DNA of 64,000 bases, taken from NCBI GenBank assembly GCA_964016885.1, contig OZ024742.1:289044001-289108000 (forward strand). Reading direction: 5' to 3'. The stretch comes from Eledone cirrhosa. Lineage: Eukaryota. The notes beneath the pieces were generated by a model that saw nothing but the letters and a program-made list of their open reading frames with translations, did not search any database and was not told the DNA's origin. Position numbers and translations under genes: made by a program. This document shows, piece after piece, positions 57,215 to 64,000 of the stretch. The stretch's first letter is position 1. Every line of letters begins with the position of its first letter.

Positions 57215-57646
57215 TTCCTCCTTGTGGGCCTTCTGGTTCTCATGACGTGCACTCACAGTGCATACCGATGCAGCGGCGTCAAACGACACACCGACATTGT
57301 TCACCGTGACGCCCCCTAGCCGGCCAATCGCGTCCATGCCCATAACCACGCCGATCCCATCCACCACACTGTCTACCACGATGGCGGAAAGCCTTATCCT
57401 CCTTCCCCGTACCGCTATTTCCATCTCGCTGCGACCTCGGCATTCAATTTTCCTGCCGTCGACTGCCCTTACGCTGCTCTTCCCTCCCCACCTCTGCGCC
57501 ACCCCCGCGGTCACCAGTGTCGTCGTACAGCCCGTATCCACGAGGGCTCGCTGTGGCTTCCCCCTCACGAAGACTTCCACCACGGGCAGCGCCGCTAGTC
57601 GTAAGGGGCAACTACCGGCGCAGTAGTTCCCCTTGGATCGTTTCCC
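57215..57646 (-). pseudogene. Gypsy pol N-terminus: retropepsin protease, truncated
   Basis: RALVDTGCTTTLV...VVMGMDAI. The frame is open from the GGGAAAC heptamer at 57640-57646. Confidence 0.88.
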
Positions 57647-58355
57647 TGGTCGCAGTTAGTAGCGATGTGGCCTGGTCGCTTACACCGGTAGCAAATTATC
57701 TCCGGCTTCGACTCTCTACAGTCTCTAGCCATGTGCGGGCCCTGGCACCGAAAACAGCGTCCTCTAAACGCACGCGGACGGCCGCGTGCCGAGGTTGCCT
57801 CCCTTTCACCATTTCGCTGCCAGGTTCCTGAGCCTCCGTAGTTGCTATCACTGCAACACTCTTTTTGGCATCTTCCGCTATGATCCGGGCTTGTTCCACC
57901 AGTGAACGCATTTCCATCTCTTTATAACCCGGGACTTGCTGCAGTTTCACCGCTATGTCGTCCGGAAATCCATTGATGAACGCCAACCGCACCGTGCGTT
58001 CGCATTCCGCCTGGTAACCGGCCAACATAGCCAACCGCCGTATTTCCGCTGCGAAAATGTCGACGCGCTCACCATTCCACCTGATTCTCGCCAGCTTAGC
58101 AAAAGCCGCCAACGGTCCCTCGGCGAATGCATCCATCAGACGCCTCTCAATCTTCTGCGCATCTCTTTGGCTGTGCTCGTCCAACTCAAGGAAGAGTACC
58201 AACACGTCGCCCTCGAGGTACAATGCCATGAGGCCAGCCACGTCCTCTATCTTCTGCAAGCTTGCGACCAGCCGAACCTTCCGCAGCCAAGCGACAACAT
58301 CACCTTCCCCGGTGAATGCCCTGATAGCTTCGTTCATCCGTAGTCTTGTCGCCAT
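57595..58355 (-). pseudogene. Gypsy gag with two zinc knuckles (one frameshift near 57790)
   Basis: MATRLRMNEAIRAFTGEGDVVAWL... In the shifted frame: CFRCQGPHMARDC and CYRCKRPGHIATNC, with a stop at 57595-57597. Confidence 0.82.
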
Positions 58356-58915
58356 CTTCTGATTTGTCTTGCGGCAAGTGTTTTTTTTTTTATTTTTATT
58401 TTCAGTCGCCGAAATAGCTTGTGGTTAGAAAAAGCTATCTCACTTACCGCTTTTCACAGGCGCCGCTAAATTCTACTGCAGGTTACTCCTCTTCCACGTG
58501 CGTCCAACTGCTTAACACCGGGAGCTGCCCAAAACTCGCGTCCACACCGTTTGCTGGTCACCACTAGAGAGAGGCCCTCTGCTGGCCCTTCCGGTCGAGC
58601 ATCCTTCCGGCCAAAACACCCTTCCGGTCGAGCACTCCCCCGCCTCCGGCCACCGCACGCCACACCATACCCACAATTGTGTCTTGTGCAATTGATGGCA
58701 TTATTGATATTGTTGTTGTTGTTGTTGTTTTGATTGCTGCCATTGTCATTTTTCACGTCATTGTCGTTGTTGTTGTGGTTGTGTTGTGGTTGTTGTTGTT
58801 GTCGTCATCGACGTCGATGTTGTTGGTATTGTTGTTGTTGCTTTACGTTTGTCTTTGAAAAATAATAGAAGAATGACCGAAGCCGAAAAACGTCATCTTG
58901 TCATCGTTGGATGTT

Positions 58916-59667
58916 GGCCTTACTGAGGTGTCAGGTGATGCCCGTGAGGGTGCCTGGTTGTTTCAGTACCTTAGCCTCGCCCTCACCCGGCCTTGCCGAT
59001 GTTTATATTTGTGTTTATATTTCTCTACTGTAAGAATTGTAAATAATTTGTAATCTTATTTATGCAACTGTGAATAATAAATAATTTGTAATGTTAATAA
59101 TAATAAAAATTATATTCTATGCTATTAATCACATGAATATAGAACTGAGAGGTATTGCTAAGGTGAGATGAAGGCATATCAATTAGAAGTTGTGATTCAT
59201 GTTGCGTGGGTGGACAGACAACCAGATTTTGATGGTCATCTGCTGCAGCAGCAAGCAATGCCACATAGAAGCAAACTTGATAAAGCGTTAGAATTCCATA
59301 GAATTTCATTAAAGATTTGAAGAGAAAGATTATATTTTCTAAGTTCTTTCTTTCTATGCTGTATTCATTTATTCTTTTAGTGGTTTCAATTATTAGACGA
59401 ACGGAATAAAATCCGAAAATACCGAGAACTATCAAACAATTATTTTCCCCGGCCTGTGGCGTTCGAGACGTTTGGTGAAGCTGGGCCGCTGACAGCGAAG
59501 TTCTAGTCATTGTTGGCGGCACGCCTTACCTAGGTGTCAGGTGATGCCCGTGAGGGTGCCTGGTTATTTCAGTACCTTAGCCTCGCCATCACCCGGCCTT
59601 ACCGAAGTGTCAGGTGGTGTCCGTGAGAGTGCTTGGTTGTTTCAGCGCCCTAGCCTCGCCATCACCT
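58916..59667. repeat. Three copies of a ~73-bp GC-rich motif (58916-58995, 59523-59595, 59596-59667)
   Basis: GCCTTAC..GGTGTCAGGTGATGCCCGTGAGGGTGCCTGGTTGTTTCAGTACCTTAGCCTCGCC recurs. Confidence 0.85.
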
Positions 59668-59877
59668 ACGTCAATGCTGTGGGAGTGTTGGCTTGCCTCA
59701 AAATTCCCATTGACCCTTGTGATGTGGTGTGGTGTGATGTGCTGCTGATTGTCACACTTGGTGGTGAATTAATGTTTTTTTTTTGTTTCCTTTTATTTCT
59801 TTTCTCTCTCGTTATGATCGTATATTTTGATGAGTTGTATTTGTAAGGTTCATAGCAATAGTTAATTATATTTATTA

Positions 59878-60391
59878 CTAGCAGTGCTACCCGGCGTTGC
59901 ACGGGATAAGGTATTGTGAAATATATAACCGCCTTAGTAAGCTTAGTATTGCCACAACCACGGCTGGAAAAGAAGTAAGGGTCTGGTGGTACGTAAGTAA
60001 GCAACACTGTGGCTTAAAACGTGAGGAAGAAGTGTGCACTTACCAACTGTTTGGGGAATGAGTGTGAAATTTGTCTTGAGCAAGGGTGGCTGAATAACCG
60101 GAGGCAGCAGACAGTCAGACAGACATACAGACAGATATTATAAGGGCGCGACGTTATATCTATGTATCTATCTAAAAAGAGAAAGACTAAGAATTATAGA
60201 GAGAGATCGCTAAATCGCCTAATGCGGTCCCTAGGGCATTGAAAATTTGAAATTCTTTTTGGCTCAGAACACTCCCTGAAACATAAGTATTACATGTGTA
60301 AAGTTTAAAAACAGTCGGTTGGGTGGTTCTGTAGTTTTAGGGATCCAAACTCACACACACAGACAGACATCCTCAGTTTTATATATATAGA
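59878..60391 (-). mobile_element. Non-autonomous Helitron-like element
   Basis: Minus strand starts TCTATATATATAAAACTG followed by (CTGT)-type repeats and ends with hairpin CCCGTGCAACGCCGGG, 8 nt, then CTAG|T. Confidence 0.7.
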
Positions 60392-60896
60392 CTAGCAGAA
60401 AACCACCCAGTGGGCGGTTTTCTGCTAGCAAATCTAGTGTATATACTGATATTGTTGAGATTTGGATGAGAAATGTTTTCGGCACCACATGTTCACCGTC
60501 TCTCGGTGTGTCTTTTATGCATGTATAAATATATATGTTATCTATACGGTGAAATCTTTGAAATAAATATATGTTAAAACGAAAAAGGAGAAAAAGAGAT
60601 TAGTGACGGAAATATAAACGTTATGATACATAAACGTTATGATATAACGATGGAAATATATCTTCAAATGGTCCTTGGCATGGTGTCAAGTCAGAACCGC
60701 CTCGAACTGGTTACTTCTGGATTGTGAAAGGTGTCTCTATAGCAACCAGCGATTCCCTCGGTCTCAGTGACCAAAGTCAGTGGAGAGAGGAAGGTAATGT
60801 TTCTATAGCGGCAGTGTTTCTCTTGGTAGTACCAAAGTGGAGAAAGGAAGGGGAAGGTAATATTTCTGTAGCACCTACATTTGAGTTTTAGGGAAG

Positions 60897-60938
<42 letters not shown>

Positions 60939-60955
60939 GAAATGCCCATATATTT
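60392..60955 (-). mobile_element. Possible second abutting Helitron-like element
   Basis: Terminal hairpin CTAGCAGAAAACC...GGTTTTCTGCTAG (60392-60428) and (GACA)n near the other end. The 5' boundary is unclear. Confidence 0.4.
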
Positions 60956-61082
60956 CTGTGTGTGTGTATATATATATATATATTACACACACAGAAATGT
61001 ATATATATTTCTGTGTGTGTATATATATATATATATATATTACACACACAGAAATGTATATATATTTCTGTGTGTATATATA

Positions 61083-63033
61083 CTACGGCGAGACAAGACG
61101 GGCGTTTTGGTGTTCCAGGGGGGAAACGAAGTTCCGGAACTGGGCCCAAGTATGAATAGGCGGGAGCTTTTCTCGGTGTGTGGAAAGCTGGTGGGTCACT
61201 ACCCGATCGCTGGGTGGCTCCGGACGGCATGCAGCTATGTCAAGAGACGAGCGGGGGGGGGGGTGACTTGGAGTGACAGAGTGGGAGAGAGGACGGTGGC
61301 CATGATGCAGGAGATCGTAAAGGGTAAAGGCCGACGACCCAGTGCGGGGACGCTGGTACGTTCCCAAATCACAGAGCGGGACCGTATGGTGCGATGCCAG
61401 CAGCATAGCGCTGGGTGTCACGTTGGAGATAGGAGGTGTTGAGGTCGAGGATGCAGCCTGGCTTAGAAAGAAGGACGACTGCAGCCACATCAATGTAGCC
61501 GAGCTGGACGCGGTGTTGAGAGGGGTGAACCTCGCCCTGCGGTGGGGGCTGCGCACCATCGAGATACGCACCGACTCGGCTACTGTACTCGGATGGGTAA
61601 GATCAGTGCTCACCAGTGAGAAGAGAGTACGAACGAGAGGCGCGGCGGAGATGCTGATAAAGCGCCGCCTGGGAACGTTAGGAGAGCTGGCCACCGAGTT
61701 CGACCTGAAGCTGAGCGTAGTGTTCGTGCCCTCAGAGAAAAATAGGGCGGACATCTTAACTAGAGTGAAGAAAGCCTGGATGGAAGCGCCGGAGGAGGTA
61801 GAGGATGAGATAGCTGCCGTGTGTCGGCTGACCCAGTTAGACCTGAAGGGGTTGCATGACATGCACCACATGGGGGTGGATAGGAGCCTGTTCCTAGCCA
61901 GGAGAATCGACTCGGACGTTAGCAGACACAGTGTTCGGGGGGTGGTTAGAGGCTGCGTCCGATGTCATTCCATTGATCCCGCCCCGGGTGTACACGAAAC
62001 GGGAAGCCTCCCGGTGGATCACGACTGGAAGCGATTAGCGGTGGATGTGACGCACTACCGGCAGGGAACGTACCTCTCGATGGTCGACTGTGGACCAGGT
62101 CGAATGGCGATATGGAGGGAGATGAGGACTGGAACGGCCGAGGAAATCGTGCGGACGTTGAGAGAGGTGTTCTTGGAGCGGGGCCCTGTGGACGAACTGC
62201 TGATGGACAACAGCGCAGCGTTCCGCTCGGAGGCACTGAGGGAGATGCTCGATGGATGGAAGGTGGACAGTTTCTTCAGAGCGGTGCACAGGCCGAGCGG
62301 GAATGGAATAGTGGAGCGACACCACCGGACGATCAAGGCAATGGCGGAGCGGGGCCATATCTCACCAATGGAGGCAGTGTTCTGGTACAATATGTCCCCT
62401 GGGGTTGGACAGGTCGAGGAATCGGTGCCACACAGAGCAGTATTCAAATACGAGTGGCGGCACCCGTGCACGCCACCACAACGGCCAGTGGGGAGAGAGA
62501 GTGCATTCGTGCAGGTGGGCGAAGAAGTCTGGGTTAAGCCCCCAGATGCACGTTGCACATCTCAATGGGGAAGGGGAACGGTGACGGCCGTAAATTCAAA
62601 GAACAATGTGTCCGTGGACGGGGTACCACGTCATGTCCTGGATGTAAGAAGAATCACTGTGTCGACGGACTCCGAGGAAGAGGAAACCCAAGATGAGGTG
62701 GAAACCCAGAGCTCTGCCCCAATACTACGAAGATCGCAACGAAGTCGTAGACCACCGACCTGGACAGCAGACTTTCATATGTAGAGGGACGAGGGGGAAA
62801 TTGATCCTTGAGATCAGTGGGGCGTGTGGGTATGGTGTGGCGTGCGGTGGCCGGAGGCGGGGGAGTGCTCGACCGGAAGGGTGTTTTGGCCGGAAGGATG
62901 CTCGACCGGAAGGGCCAGCAGAGGGCCTCTCTCTAGTGGTGACCAGCAAACGGTGTGGGCGCGAGTTTTGGGCAGCTCCTGGTGTTAAGCAGTTGGACGC
63001 ACGTGGAAGAGGAGTAACCTGCAGTGGAATTCA
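61083..63033 (+). mobile_element. 3' half of the Gypsy element (RT connection, RNase H, integrase, 3' LTR 62825-63033)
   Basis: The LTR TG...CA differs from the minus-strand LTR at about 4 of 209 positions and is followed by ACAAT. Confidence 0.92.
61342..62784 (+). CDS. Gypsy pol C-terminal part: RNase H + integrase (open frame, no genuine start)
   Basis: RNase H WCDAS..NVAELDA..RTDS; HHCC LHDMHH..CVRC; DDE LAVD..MDN..GNGIVER; GPY/F-like tail and RRSQRSRRPP end. Confidence 0.88.
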   Translation: MRGRWYVPKSQSGTVWCDASSIALGVTLEIGGVEVEDAAWLRKKDDCSHINVAELDAVLRGVNLALRWGLRTIEIRTDSATVLGWVRSVLTSEKRVRTRGAAEMLIKRRLGTLGELATEFDLKLSVVFVPSEKNRADILTRVKKAWMEAPEEVEDEIAAVCRLTQLDLKGLHDMHHMGVDRSLFLARRIDSDVSRHSVRGVVRGCVRCHSIDPAPGVHETGSLPVDHDWKRLAVDVTHYRQGTYLSMVDCGPGRMAIWREMRTGTAEEIVRTLREVFLERGPVDELLMDNSAAFRSEALREMLDGWKVDSFFRAVHRPSGNGIVERHHRTIKAMAERGHISPMEAVFWYNMSPGVGQVEESVPHRAVFKYEWRHPCTPPQRPVGRESAFVQVGEEVWVKPPDARCTSQWGRGTVTAVNSKNNVSVDGVPRHVLDVRRITVSTDSEEEETQDEVETQSSAPILRRSQRSRRPPTWTADFHM

Positions 63034-64000
63034 ACAATATCAATAATGCCATCAATTGCACAAGACACAATAACAATATCAGTAACATCAACGACTACTA
63101 CGACAACAATAACAATGACAACTGTAGTAACAATAATGCCACCAATTGCACAAGACACAATAACAATATCAGTAACATCAACGACTACTACGAGAACAAT
63201 AACAATGACAACTGTAGTAACAATAACGCCACCAATTGCACAAGACACAATAACAATATCAGTAACATCAACGACTACTACGACAACAATAACAATGACA
63301 ACTGTAGTAACAATAATGCCACCAATTGCACAAGACACAATAACAATATCAGTAACATCAACGACTACTACGACAACAATAACAATGACAACTGTAGTAA
63401 CAATAACGCCACCAATTGCACAAGACACAATAACAATATCAGTAACATCAACGACTACTACGACAACAATAACAATGACAACTGTAGTAACAATAACGCC
63501 ACCAATTGCACAAGACACAATAACAATATCAGTAACATCAACGACTACTACGACAACAATAACAATGACAACTGTAGTAACAATAACGCCACCAATTGCA
63601 CAAGACACAATAACAATATCAGTAACATCAACGACTACTACGACAACAATAACAATGACAACTGTAGTAACAATAACGCCACCAATTGCACAAGAAACAA
63701 CAACAATATCAGTAACATCAACGACTACTACGACAACAATAACAATGACAACTGTAGTAACAATAACGCCACCAATTGCACAAGACACAATAACAATATC
63801 AGTAACATCAACGACTACTACGACAACAATAACAATGACAACTGTAGTAACAATAACGCCACCAATTGCACAAGACACAATAACAATATCAGTAACATCA
63901 ACGACTACTACGACAACAATAACAATGACAACTGTAGTAACAATAACGCCACCAATTGCACAAGACACAATAACAATATCAGTAACATCAACGACTACTA
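63034..64000. repeat. 90-bp tandem satellite (>10 units, runs off the window)
   Basis: Unit CAAGACACAATAACAATATCAGTAACATCAACGACTACTACGACAACAATAACAATGACAACTGTAGTAACAATAA(T/C)GCCACCAATTGCA; lines repeat every 180 nt. Confidence 0.97.

Larger units (their letters stand above)
57215..58675 (-). mobile_element. 5' half of a Ty3/Gypsy LTR retrotransposon (5' LTR 58467-58675, gag, protease)
   Basis: The 209-bp LTR TGTGGG...GAATTTA matches 62825-63033, followed by gag and aspartic protease. It breaks off before RT. Confidence 0.9.

Noticed and set aside
58450-58466. PBS of the Gypsy element
   Set aside because: It reads GCGGCGCCTGTG with no TGG. It may be a mutated TGGCGCC, but no tRNA can be assigned.
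62985-63968. 327-aa hydrophobic ORF
   Set aside because: It is a 30-aa periodic translation of the 90-bp satellite.

Overview
This window is eukaryotic (animal), repeat-saturated DNA with no host gene that I can support. The SINE/RTE families and microsatellite content suggest a cephalopod, probably octopod, genome (inference). Bases 1-25636 are a G-rich 36-bp satellite with kilobase-scale higher-order duplications. The rest is a nest of mobile elements: tRNA-derived SINEs of two families, a decayed RTE LINE, three Tx1/L1-clade copies (near full-length, internally deleted, 5'-truncated), two Penelope-like elements (PLEs), two non-coding LTR elements with tRNA-Trp-like primer sites, a hAT-type MITE and Helitron-like elements. 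A Gypsy element is split into oppositely oriented halves with RT missing, and a 90-bp satellite runs off the right end. The best finds are four type-I hammerhead ribozyme motifs in the pseudo-LTRs of two different PLEs that lie tail-to-tail around a ~400-bp palindrome, the inversion through the Gypsy element (supported by shared target-site sequence), and an ORF1-only 'half-L1'-like Tx1 derivative. Coordinates were read by eye and element ends may be off by some bases.
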